A DNA stretch of 63,126 bases, counting the filler, from Reticulomyxa filosa (lineage: Eukaryota; Protista; Foraminifera), in NCBI GenBank assembly GCA_000512085.1. It is 12 parts of 12 records of this genome, joined end to end, with 100 filler letters (N's around TTAATTAATTAA, not from the genome) between each part and the next. Parts side by side here need not be neighbours in the genome. Positions count along the whole stretch, not along the records: positions 1 to 7,233 come from ASPP01020005.1; positions 7,334 to 10,193 come from ASPP01026850.1; positions 10,294 to 27,600 come from ASPP01007577.1; 9 more parts are not named here. One strand, given 5' to 3'. Shown in pieces: positions 1 through 12,226 of the stretch. Numbering within the stretch: the stretch's first letter is position 1; every line of letters begins with the position of its first letter. The position numbers and the translations under genes are program-made. Under the pieces are notes generated by a model that was not told the DNA's origin, made no database searches, and saw only the letters and a program-made list of their open reading frames with translations.

Positions 1-1440
1 TACAGTTGATATTTCAAAAGATACACCAAAAACACACTTTTTTATAGCTCAGCGAATAAAAAAAAAATGGGAAAAAATGAAAAAAAAGGAAAGAAAATAA
101 AACTACAGGCCAGGCGGCACGAAGTGCCGCATGACCAGTAGTTTTGCTTTCTTTCCTTTTTTTTCATTTTTTTCATTTTTTTTATTTTATTGCCACTTTT
201 TAAAATGATATTGCATTTCAGCTTTTTTTGAGCATTCAAAGTTTTAACGTGTAAGGCTTGTACAACAGTGTGTTTTTTAAAGATAGATGCTTTACACCTT
301 CGTTGTTGAAGGAGTAAATATGCGTATTTTGGGCATGCATATGAAGACATAGCATTGAATAAACTTTGTGATTTTAAAAGAGCTTTTTTTTGCTATTATA
401 TTTTCATATTTTATTTGGTCTGTATTTTACGCATACACTGGTGATTTTAGCTTGTTTGCATATACTAAATTGTTCGTTTTTGATTGTGTGATAAAAATAA
501 CAATTTCTTTTATAATTATGAAATTTTATATTTATGCAGCGCATATTGAGCACCGTTTCTATTTTCTGCTGTTGAGTAATAAAGAGACTCAAATGGTGAG
601 CCCTTTTTTGTAGATGTCGACAAGTGAAAACAAAAAAATTGAATGTGTTTCAAGACATTTCGTGTTATTGAACACTAGTAATTTCCAAAACATCACTTCC
701 AAATTTTTTGCTTTCTTAAAAAAACTAAGGGAAATGATTTGGAAAATTCCAAGTTGAAAAGTTGAAATAATAAGTGATAGTTGTTAACATAAGATTCATA
801 AATGATTTGAGGTGCATTGAAAAGCAAGTTATAAACAGTCAATTGTATTCGTACTACTGAATCTTAAAAAGAGCTTGGGAAAAATAGAAGCAACACTATA
901 AAATCGAAAGCGCATTGCTGGTGTTTATGATTCAAATCCAAACAAGTGACAAATTATATAGAAATCAAACAGTTCAGCAAAAAGCCAAGTCGTAGTCACA
1001 ACTATTTATTCAATAAAAAGACAATAAGAAGTGTTCAAATAAAGACATCAGAAATACTTGTTTCGCAAACACACAGACCAGTCGCGAGCAGAATTATAGT
1101 TAAACAAAACCCAACCAAGCTTCGTTTTCGAAAGAGAAATACTGGAATTACTCAAATATATTTGTGGGCTTGTATAATCTTCAATACAATTTCATTATAA
1201 AACAATTTCATTAATACTTACTTCATATCATTTGACCCATTTAAAACTGATTGTGGTCCAACTCTGTACCAAGTCAAGCTTTTTTCACATGAATTTCACC
1301 AATGTGCTTGCAATTCATTTTGCTATCGTCCAAGACTAGTTTGTTCATTTCAAATTTTTTAACCACTTTTCATTTTTTTTATTTTCTAATTATTCACAAT
1401 TTTAATTAAACAAATTAACAAAAGTTAAACAAATGTTTTT

Positions 1441-1943
1441 TTATTTTTCAATATCTAAATCATCAAGTTTTTGCAAATAGCTATTGACAATGCATCCTAT
1501 GTCTTTTCCAAACATGTCAATCAGCAATTTCTCTCGTAATTTATACTTTTCACCAAATTTTATCTTTCCTTGATCATGAAGTAATGAAATATTTACATCA
1601 ACATAAGAACCAGGATTAATGTGCCTTTATTAAAACAAAGCAAAAAGAAAATATTCGCAGAAGCGGCAATATTTTATTACCAATCGCGTAAATAACAATA
1701 TCGCCAAACTCAAATAATAAAATATAAATCTATCTTTATTATAAAAATCAATTAATACGTACAAATTTATAATAAAACATACTACATTTAGCACCAGATT
1801 TGTAATATCGTATATCGTGTCCCTCAACAGTCTTGCTGGTTTGTTTTTTTGAAAAAAGCTTAAAAGAGAAAGCAGTCAAAAAAGATAATATCTTCCACTT
1901 TTTAAAGTTTACCTTGTAAAGGATTTTGGTCAACGCTTGCCAT
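1441..1943 (-). CDS. Small multi-exon hypothetical protein
   Basis: ATG at 1943 (MASVDQNPLQ) followed by a GT donor. Short GT-AG introns. Last exon reads ...NPGSYVDVNISLLHDQGKIKFGEKYKLREKLLIDMFGKDIGCIVNSYLQKLDDLDIEK*. No family recognised. Confidence 0.4.
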
Positions 1944-2358
1944 TGCCTTAATCGATGATATTAAATATATTATCGGTTATATCGAAAATTCAACTCAAAG
2001 AGATGCAAAATTCAAAAAACGTTCCAAAAGTAATGTCTCTTCGATCATTAATAATAAACTAGTCAGAAAAATAAGTAAAAGTGGTCACTCCTCATGATTT
2101 TTCCTGGTAATAATGTCTACTACAAAACAATTCATAATTTGATATATCAATCAAAACAATTTCCTTAAGCATTTCAAGCACAATTTGCATAAACAGTTAC
2201 AATATTTAAGAAAAATTAAATTTAAATATTGTTTTTTAGAAGAAGATATATATCTTTATAAGATAGCATTTTGTTTCAAGTCTTTTGCAAATTTTTTGTT
2301 TGCTTTGAATTTTATTGCTTTTTTTCACGATGTCCGATTTTAATGTTATCGTAACTAA

Positions 2359-5300
2359 TCAATGGTCATATAAATCCTCACACATTGCCTTTTTCAACAT
2401 ATTCACATCTTGGTTTGTCACTGCCTCACGACACATGGCAATAGTCTTGCTTTGAGATGGACCCATCCGTAAACGTGCTGACTTTTCAATCATTTGATTG
2501 ACAGCCTGGAAAATTTAAAAAATATACATAAAGGATGTTGCTATGAAAAAAAAAAAAAAAATAACTTTGAGTGCGTTGAGTAAGCTATTATGATTTGCTT
2601 CTCTTTGATGAAACTCACTTATCATTGACTGGTTCAAGTTGTAAAGTTCTGTGTAATACCGTAAAAAAGAATCTATATTTTGCAATTTCCTTGCATCTTC
2701 ACTTCGCACAATCAAGCTTTTGACAAGGGAACTATTGGAGGCTACATCCACACTAAAGTGTGTGCGAATGCTATTGTATTCTTGGATATCTTTAAATAAT
2801 ATTTCCAACTGTTTGTACTCGTGCGGAAAATAGCTAGTTGATGATAAATCAGTGATCTTTCATTTCACAAAGCAAACAGTCAAGCAAATAAAGTAAATAC
2901 AGTCCTAAATTAAGTAAAGTGTACTTTGCAAAAGTGTGTTTAAAGGCTGAGTGTGTAAAAGTAACTTCCAAATAAGAGCATATATCTTGCACCAAGTCTC
3001 CCGCCAATCGCATGTCGTCAGTGAGAATGGTAAATTGTCCATCCAATGTCACTTGAATAACTAGATGTTGTTTCGTTCGAAAAGAGAAAAATCCAATATC
3101 GATTGGTTGTGTAGGCGAGCTGTCGTACTCGAGCAAAAAAGCTTGATTTAGCCACAAAATGAGTCTGTCAATCCGCTCTCGTATTTTAAATTTGACCCAA
3201 GAGGATGGTGTTTTCTTTGTATACGTTGCAAGAAAAAAATGTGGATTTTGGATTGTTTTTTTGTTATTTTTATTGCTGCTAACTTTTTTTTTTTTTTTTT
3301 TTTTTTGAGAGAAAAAGAGAAGAAGAATGAGGAGAAGGTTGATGGAAAAAAGTGCAAGAGATGCTTCTATGTACAAACTGTGCCAAAACTAGCGGATACG
3401 TATAAATACGACGAAAACTTAGGGATTGTGTGAGACAACTCAAAGATGTGGTCTTGCTTGCTCGACAAATGACCGACAATACACTTGATTGACAGTTGGC
3501 ATGTCAAATCTTTTGTTAGTTCCAATGGCAAAGAAATGTTTGACTTTGGGGGGTTGGGAGTGATCATAAAACTACCATTGCGAAACACTTTTTCTCCGTA
3601 CAGTATTGCTGTCTTTTTTTTTCAAGCATTTTGTACGGAAGATAAACACATTACTTAAACATATCAACAGATAGTACGAAAAAAATATATATATATCTAT
3701 ATATGTATATATCAACACAAAACTTTGATAACAGTGTCGTTATTTGTTTGGATAAGCAATAACAAAGATTGCTTATCTAAATTGGGAGACAAAGTGCAAA
3801 ATATCTGTGTGTCTGGAGGAATAATTCCAGGATCATTTAACGCACCAGATTTCAGCTTTGACCAGTTACGGTTAATACCTTCTAATTCTAGCTTTAAGGT
3901 CTGTCAAAGCAAAAAAAATTTTTGCTTTTTCACAATAAAGGTTATACATATATATTACGTAACATCTCTTTTTGCTTTAAGCAGCTCCAACTCTTGAAAT
4001 TGCTCCGGTGTCATTAATTCCTGCAAAAACAAAGCAAAACTTTTAGTTTTAGTTTTTGGCCAAGTTTAAGCAAAATTTTATTGACATCAACTGATTTATT
4101 TGGTAACAAGTTTTTTTTTGAAATTTGAAAAAAGGATTTTTTTTTCAAAAAGGTCGCCATCCTTTTGTGTCAGATCATCATTTGCTTCTTTTTGTTCGCT
4201 TATTGAAGAAGATATCGAGTCTACACTTGCTTTTGATGGCTGTGTACTCCATCCAGTTATCATGCCTTTGTTGGTTACCGCAATGATCTGGTCGTGTCCG
4301 TGTCCTCGAAGGTCTCCAATTATCAAGCCAACAATGTTTCCTCCGTTATTTATTCGGGTTTGCCACAGCACATTTCCGTCTGACGCACTTCGTAATTGAA
4401 TTTCTGCAGAGTTGGACCAACCTACCACTAATACTTGCTCACTTTCGATAAGCACTGCGTGTAAGCATGTAGCTTTTTCTTTGGATTGGTATTTCCACAA
4501 TTTCTTTTGTCCGCAATATACACCCACAGTACCATTATCAAGTGCATATGCAAATTTTCCTTTGCTTAAACTTGCCAATTGAGTAATCGGTGAAGACTCT
4601 GTTTTCAACAGTCACACAATATAATCAATGTAATTGACAATATTAAAAGCGCACTCTTTTACTTTTTTAAATATCTTTAAAGCAAAAAAAGGGATTACGT
4701 GTCTAATATTTCAAAGTCTAATTTTTTTTAGAAGGAAAGTATAGGTGTTGATCACAATTAGTATGCATTTATTATCATGAGGACCTGACATTTCATTACA
4801 CATTTCGCCTTGTTTAAACACTCGAATATGGCAATCTTCAGAGCCAATGATAAGCTCATTTTTGCCATCATTGTCCACATCAAATATGATCATACTTTTG
4901 ACATTGTCACTGGTCACTGTCCAAAAACATTCTTCTCCTTGTTCACTGTGGCACAACACAATACACGAAATATTGAACTTATTCGTAAAAAGGGGAGAGA
5001 ATAATTTTTAAAAAATGAACTCAAATGCTTGGATGGAGCAATTTCCACCAACAACAGCCACGCCTTGGTTATTTTCAAATGCACTCTTGGAAGAAAAGCG
5101 AATGACATGCACTCCATCAGGAATATCTTTGTAAAAAATATCAGTATTCTCGTTTATACTGTAAGCTAGCAGATTAGTAGCTGTTCCGATCAACAAAATA
5201 TCTTGAGGATTGCGACTCTGTTTAAAATATTTAAGCCATTTATTTTTGAGAGAAAGCTATGTTTTTATAGAACAAAAATTATTCTTTAACAAATTTTGCA

Positions 5301-5545
5301 GTTTCCAAGGCAGTAATTTTTCTGTTGACTGCCAGTTTTCGTTCCGTCACCCCGTTCGTCAATTTATTCTCTTTTTCAAATGGGGAAACAATAAGGACAT
5401 TTTCAGCTTCAGTGCCAAGTGCAAGAGATAAATGTTCACTACTTTCAAAATAACCAAGAGTTACTAAACCCTGTGTGTTTGATTTGAAAACACTGAAGTA
5501 AACGTTTTTAAGTGAGATGTTGTTTCAAAATGGTTCACTTCACCT
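2359..5545 (-). CDS. BBS2: Bardet-Biedl syndrome 2 protein (BBSome subunit), multi-exon; start codon not resolved
   Basis: Exon translations match BBS2 motifs: LIGTATNLLAYSINENTDIFYKDIPDGV, VVGGNCSIQAF, FWTVTSDNV..DVDNDGKNELIIGSEDCHIRVF, FAYALDNGTVGVY, FTILTDDMRLAGDLVQDI, KSLIVRSEDAR, and last exon AVNQMIEKSARLRMG...DH*. Confidence 0.93.
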
Positions 5546-6446
5546 GCACAATGTTTGCATTTATTTGAAGTTCGAATGCTAATGTTAACTTTATTGATTT
5601 CATTTCTAACCTCCTATCAAGCACTATCTTCAAACCTAATGATAATTTGCGGAAATAAAATGACGTCACTCGAAAAAATATTTAACCGCTTAACGCATAT
5701 TTTTTGAAAATTTATTAAAATTTTTCACCACACCAAAATGAATGTTCAAATTTAATGTGTCAGTACAGCTTAAGCAAGTATTTATTTTTAATTAGAATTT
5801 AAATTGTGTTGGAGAAGATAAATGAACTGTTCCACAGATGAGATGAATGCTGAAAAAAATAGCAAGAAAAATTGAGTTTTTTTGCAATATGTAAATGATG
5901 TCACCACAACATCTTTTTAACACTAGCACAAAACATAAAAAATTTTCGTTTTAATTCTGTCAACCTAAATAGAGACTTGTTTTCAGATGAAGAATCTAAT
6001 TTGTGTCTAATCAATCATACGTGCTGTACACAGTTGAATCAAAAAAGTTATCCTTTTTTTTGTGGCAGTACATTATTATGATAATGTTTCTGTTTAAGAT
6101 TTGTATATTTGTGTGTTCGTTTATAATATTTGTCACGGTTTATCCTGTTGAATATCTTTACTTTAACATTCTTTTCATAAAATGCACAGAATTATTGTTA
6201 CATATTTGTATTATCTAATGTTCGTATTACTAAGATTTAATGTTGAAAGAGTTGATAGCACTTAAAAAAGGACTTCTATGTGAAACTGCTTTTTTTTTTT
6301 AAGAAGTCGGTCTGTCGTTTGGAGTGTTTTTCTCCCGTTGTAGAAAAAAAAATCTAAACCTAAATTGGTCATCAAATTAAACAATATTCTATTGCTGAGT
6401 GTTAATAAAGGAAGCCAGAGGCTCTATATCACGTTTATCCTGTAAA

Positions 6447-6783
6447 ATGTGGTCTTGGACTTCATTAAATTCAATTGCAGAAAAAGCACAGCAGCAACTC
6501 GACGCAGCAGCAAAAAATCTGAAAGATTTGGGTGCGAAAGCGAATGATATAGCCACAAAATTTATCGAAGAACAAAAGCAAGAGTTCAAGCAATTGGAGC
6601 AAAACTCGGAACTGCAAAGCCGAAAAAAAACAAGACGTAGCAAGGCAATGAAATGTGGTTGTCCCCCTTGGCATATAAATGATGAAAATGGCAGTGATCA
6701 CAACGAAAACAATGACAATGCAGCCAATGATAAAAACGCTAATGACAATAACAACAATAATAGCAGTAACGACAATAATAGTA

Positions 6784-6820
<37 letters not shown>

Positions 6821-7233
6821 TGACAATGTTAATAACATTGACAACAACAGTAATAGTAACAACAGCCATGCAAATGACAAATCACTACAAGAGGAGTTGA
6901 AATTACGAATACTTAAAATCTGTGAAGATGAGCAAAACTTTTTGATTGAAGCACCAACAAGCAAGTCAGTGTTCGAATTTCATATCGATACTGCATTGCC
7001 TTATGCAAATGCAGCATTAAAGCAAGATCCCAATTTACAAAAGACTAGATTTCTATTGGTCCCAAAAAAGTTCTTTTTTTGTTTTTGTTTTTTTTTAAAA
7101 AAAATAGAAACAATGGGAAACTTCCTTTTTTTTTTTTTTTCCTCCCTTTTCTTTCTCTCAATCATTTTCACACATCACTCTCAACCAATCAAAAAAAAAA
7201 AAAGGATCTCTGAAAAACGATTTTGGAAGAATT
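6447..7233 (+). CDS. BSD-domain protein, SYAP1/Sap47-like, with poly-Asn insert; 3' truncated by contig end
   Basis: PPW...LKLRILKICEDEQNFLIEAP...FEFHIDTALPYANAALKQDPNLQKTRFLLVPK. Intron ~7070-7204 joins this to KISEKRFWKN, the BSD FW motif. Confidence 0.85.
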
Positions 7234-7333
7234 NNNNNNNNNNNNNNNNNNNNNNNNNNNNNNNNNNNNNNNNNNNNTTAATTAATTAANNNNNNNNNNN
7301 NNNNNNNNNNNNNNNNNNNNNNNNNNNNNNNNN
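7234..7333. other. Artificial contig-joining spacer (N44-TTAATTAATTAA-N44). Identical spacers at 10194-10293, 27601-27700, 29702-29801, 33981-34080, 37415-37514, 42624-42723, 45742-45841, 48828-48927, 50083-50182, 61915-62014
   Basis: Identical 100-nt N-flanked linker with stop codons in all six frames, present 11 times. Confidence 0.99.
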
Positions 7334-8385
7334 ATTTTCTTCATGAAAAAACAACATTCAGACCTATTTTTTTTTAATATCTACAAATCGTGTAGTTTTT
7401 AAATATCATTTTGGTTTTTTATTACATCTTTCCTAATTATTTCAATGTTTCATCCTTTATTTTTCTTTTCTTTTTTTTTTTAGGTCAATATCGTTCTATA
7501 TTTGAGTTTTTAAATTATTTTTTGAAAGTTGCAAAGGATTGAGGATTTTAACAAAAGACGTGCTGTTGGTAGCGTTTGCTCAAAGTTGTAAAACAATTTT
7601 GGAAGTAATGAATATGTACGTAAATATGAGCTGACTTTCATCATGAAAATATCAAAATTAATAATGTATGCATAATGTGCGGTCTTGCTTTGTAGTGTTA
7701 GGACCTGTTTATGCATGTAACATTAATTGATGTTCAATACATGAAAACAAACACATTGAAGTATCTTTTTCCTACTTCAATTGCGAGACTGTGGTCAAGA
7801 CATGTCGGTTTTTAAATAACTTCTTGCGTCGTTTCTGATTCTTCTGCATTAAAGAAAAAAGCAAACGAATCCGTTTTATTCCCTTTCCCAAATAACTTTT
7901 CGATCGTCTTTTTTATTAAGATTGCAGTTTTAAAAAAGCAGAAAGACGAGCAAAAAAATGAATTAACTAAAAAATCAATAACAAGAAAACACACGAACGA
8001 AGATTTTCCAAGATAGCAAACCGGGAGGATAGCCATGTTTGAGTCATTCAAAAGACGTATTAGAAGAATATTATCGTGTTTGCTGCACAGGCAAAAAGTA
8101 AAATAAAAAATAACAACAAAAACAAAAACCAAAGGATCAGTTGTATGTTATGTTCCGTCGATTTGAAAATGGCCAAGAGTGACACAATTTTTTAATTACG
8201 GAGACAATGTGCTTTTCCCTTTTCAAGTTTGATTATCTTGTTTTTATTTATTTAAGTTTTTTTTAGAGTGAAAATGACAACTCCCAAAATCCAGCGAAAC
8301 AGTTCTGCACCACAAGGAACTGAACACTTACAACTTGGGAAAATATGTATTTACAGAGGAAATGCAACAAAAAGAAAAAAAGGAA

Positions 8386-10156
8386 TTAATTTCCAATGCT
8401 CGCATACTATAGAGAAAGCCATAGACAAACACAACACATATACATATAAATATATAAAAAATATATATGTATATATTTGTTATCACAAAAGTTAAAACGT
8501 TAAAAAAAAAAAAGATCATAACTTCTATAACCCAATCACCCAGTTTGCCAACGTAATCCGATTTGCTAATTTTGGCGTCAGTGAGTTTGTTTTGTGTCAG
8601 CCAATCGATCAAAGGCTGCATGGATTTCTTCATGGCGGCTTTGTCTTGCGTGTAAGCAAGTTTACCCCGTTTTTTTTCGACGTAGGCGATCATAAGGATA
8701 GCGGTGAAGTTCATTAGCTCGATCATTTTGCCTTTGGCGACAAAGCCTTCAGCATCTGCGAGTTTGCCCCACACTTTGTCAGCAGTTTTTTCATTGACGA
8801 CATTTTTCAAAAACGCGCCAAACTTGCCAAAGTGGACACCGACCAAAGCGCTTCCAGCGACGATAAAGTACCCACTCTCATCGACCGCGCCATTGACAAC
8901 ACTTTTATTATGCCCAGAACTTTCCGGAATTTCATCGACCTCTTCGTCTTGAGAGCTGAGGACACTAGCAATGAGAGGACTTGCATTGGGACTAGAAGTG
9001 AGCGACGACGTTACCGTCATGGTTGTGGAGCTGAGAGTCATGTCATCCCCTAAGGCACTACCGCGTGAGTTTGACGTCGGAGTGTTCGGTTTGGAAGAAA
9101 AAGAAGGATTGACAACAGTGAGGGCATTATTGGAAGTAGGTTTGTCAATAGTATCGCAATACGTGAGCAAGTTGAGCAAGACAGTCAAATACGCCTCATT
9201 ATTTTTAGAAGGAAGTTCTTTGAGTTTGGCCTCCAAAGATTTGCCACCGCCGTGTTGGTTCTGAGCAAAGGCATTGCGAATGGCGAGCAGATCAATCTCG
9301 GCGCGACTGACAAAGATGCGCTCAACCTCGACCAAGTCTTTGGCTTTGCACGCGTCTTTGAGTCGCTCAGCAAACATGTCAGCACGACCGATGCAATACT
9401 TTAAAATGGTGAGCAAGCAATGGCCACTGACTTTGGTCCCCAAATTTTTGGTAATGATATGTTCCAAGCTGGTGTTCGCCTTGGTCGCCACGGCCGTGTT
9501 CAGTGCACGAATATGATCCCAACTGCGTTTCGCGAACAGCATCACAAACTGATCTTTGTTTTTGCCGGACAACTTGGTTTTTTTATCCGTGAGCCACTCT
9601 ACATCTTGATTCACGACATTATTGTCCACACTACTACCGCTGCCACTTGCATCACGCTCCAAGTTCATTATTGAGTTGAGTAAGTTCCCTACGTTTTGTC
9701 GGCGACTGCATTTGTCGGTAATCACCGCACACAAGTCTTTGCTATACAACGACGAATACGTGGCTCGGATTTTCTTCAACTGGTCCAATTCGCGTGCGCA
9801 AATAACGTCGATGACTGCTTCCACCGAGTTCTTTTCCCACGCTTGATGCACGTGGAAGGCGTCGTACTCCTCCGCGGACATGCATAGGCCCAACAAACAG
9901 TCCCCACAGTTGCGACTTGTCTTGAACAGACGCTTGCTCAAGTGCTCGTTCAAGTCCACCTTGTGCTCTGACGACAGTCGCTTCTTCAACTGCTGGCGCT
10001 GTGACAAGCTGCACTTGGATAATATATCCACCGCCAACGCCTCCGCCTTGCCCGTGTCGCTCGTCTTCAGTACTTGCTCCAGCTTCTGCGCCGCTTGAAC
10101 CACATCAAACTTGGGGTTATCATACACGCAAGCATCTGTGTTTACTACGACACTCA

Positions 10157-10193
<37 letters not shown>
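8386..10193 (-). CDS. Atypical annexin: four degenerate annexin repeats, Ser/Thr linker and C-terminal helical domain; 5' truncated
   Basis: Annexin-like segments AEEYDAFHVHQA..VIDVICARELDQLKKIRATYSSLYSKDL, FVMLFAKRSWDHIRAL, MFAERLKDACK..ERIFVSRAEIDLLAIRNAF. Intron 8407-8522 gives the ending ...WVIE|YASIGN*. The frame is open through (AAT)n to the contig edge and the listed start is GTG. Confidence 0.82.
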
Positions 10194-10319
10194 NNNNNNN
10201 NNNNNNNNNNNNNNNNNNNNNNNNNNNNNNNNNNNNNTTAATTAATTAANNNNNNNNNNNNNNNNNNNNNNNNNNNNNNNNNNNNNNNNNNNNCTCAAAA
10301 AAAAAAAAAAAAAACAAAC

Positions 10320-10750
10320 TGTCTTCGGTTTGGGCTGATACAACGTGTCGGATTGGAACTTGAGATCAGGTGCTTTTTTCAAGATACCACTGTACCGGTC
10401 GGTCTCATCGCTATTTCGATGACGCCGATGGATGACGTTGGGATGGCTGGTGTTGCCCAATTCTGCAAGTTGGGCTCGGTCTTGTCCGATTGGCACTGCC
10501 TCAATTTTTTCATCTTGATCTTCGTTTTCATCGTCACTTTACACATACACACATACCACCACTGTGTTATTTATTGTTTGTATTATATACATATATGTAT
10601 ATGTACATATGCATATATACATATATATGTGTATATATGTATATTTGCGCAGAAACATGCAAGAAACCTTAGATCGGAATCCAAAGCTCTTTCACTAATC
10701 GTATGTTTATTGGCATGGACGACGTCTTTTTGTGTTTTGCTTCTTTGCAT
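10320..10750 (-). CDS. N-terminal fragment of an unknown protein (two exons), truncated by contig end
   Basis: MQRSKTQKDVVHANKHTISERALDSDL, a TA/CA-rich GT-AG intron, then SDDENEDQDEKIEAVPIGQDRAQ...LYQPKPKT and a further GT donor. Confidence 0.5.
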
Positions 10751-12226
10751 GGTCTCTTTTGGTTGTCCATTTTTTTTGTGGTTTTCGCGTTTGGTGTGAC
10801 GTTCGAACGACCCTCTGTTCCTTTTTTTTTGCTGACACATACACACATGCACGCTGTTGTCATCCATCATTTTATTGTTTTCCTTCAAATGCTTAAAGCC
10901 ACACAACTCAAGCGTGTCACTGATTTCGATTGGATTTTGACTTGGTTCTCATTACTGTTTCAACCAACATTATTGTTGTTCCACAAAACACAATATGTTT
11001 TATTTGCCAATCATAAATAAGCTGTTGTGGTTGTTCATTGCCAATTGGCCTTTTTTTTTTTCCCCCCCCCATTTTAGTAGAGTGTTTTTTTGGTGGAATC
11101 ATGCAAAAGACAGACTCCCTTGCGTATGTTTTTATAGCTTTCCTTCTTTGCGTGAGGTTATTGTTGCAGAATTTTAAAAATAAACGCATTGCTCCTTATA
11201 ATGAAATCGGAGACCTGAGGGAAGGAAGATAATATATATATATATATGTATATATGTATATATGTATATACAGGAGACCTTTTAGGCTGATTTTTACGCC
11301 CAGCACGAGTTGATGCCGACTTTGAACGACCTGGCAACATTTTGTTTGCATTTAGGTGACACATACAGTATGCAATATGCACACGTTGTTGGACAAAAGA
11401 AAGAGGGATGTGCAGCAAAGAGCAAACGATAAATTATCAACTGTTCTTGTTGAGATCTGACATCACAATTTGAATTCCTCATAGACTAGTCCGAAATAGA
11501 ACAATTTTCAAAAAGTCATAATGTTATTATGGTGACTTTTGAATTGTTGAAATTGTTTTTAGGCCTACTTCCTCGTCAACAGTTGCATCATTAATCTTAA
11601 CAGATACACAGAATAAATGGAAATGTCCAAAATATTAGATATAATTTTAAAATGTATTCTATTTAAGAATAACTTAAACATTTCAAAAAAACGTCATTAT
11701 AACTGCATGTGTGCACCGATCCAAAGCATGCACTAACAAGGAAAAAGACATAAAGCAAATTTTATTGATGATCTTTTAAATTAGATATTCTGTTTCTATA
11801 ATATCATTAACAACTTATAAGTACCAACAAACTTTATTTAAAACACTACACGCCACGAAATGCAAACGAATAAAAATTCTAATGCAACGAAAACATAATA
11901 ACAAAAAAATCCCCTTACTCGCTTACAAAGGGATAAAAAAAGGTAGAATGAAAACCAAATAATACCCAACATATGTTTAAAAATGTTGACTTCCCATTAA
12001 AAAAACCTCAATTATCATATGTACCATCTTATCTGTAGTTTTACGGTAGCTGAGTATTTTAAGTTGGATTTGTTGAGTGGTCGTAAGATGGGATTGAAAA
12101 TTATTCTTTTTTTTTTATTTTTATTATTCTTTAGGTTGTCATTAGATGCGAGTTTTCAAATAGATAACATTAGAATCGTAACTCTCAAACACAAGAAAAC
12201 AAAAACAAAATATTGTAAAATATAAT

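Noticed and set aside
6471-6964. ORFs with poly-Ile, poly-Leu or poly-Tyr that look like membrane proteins (also near 10001, 17409, 33492, 48946)
   Set aside because: They are alternative-frame or antisense readings of (AAT)n and (GAT)n repeats that encode poly-Asn/Asp in the real genes.
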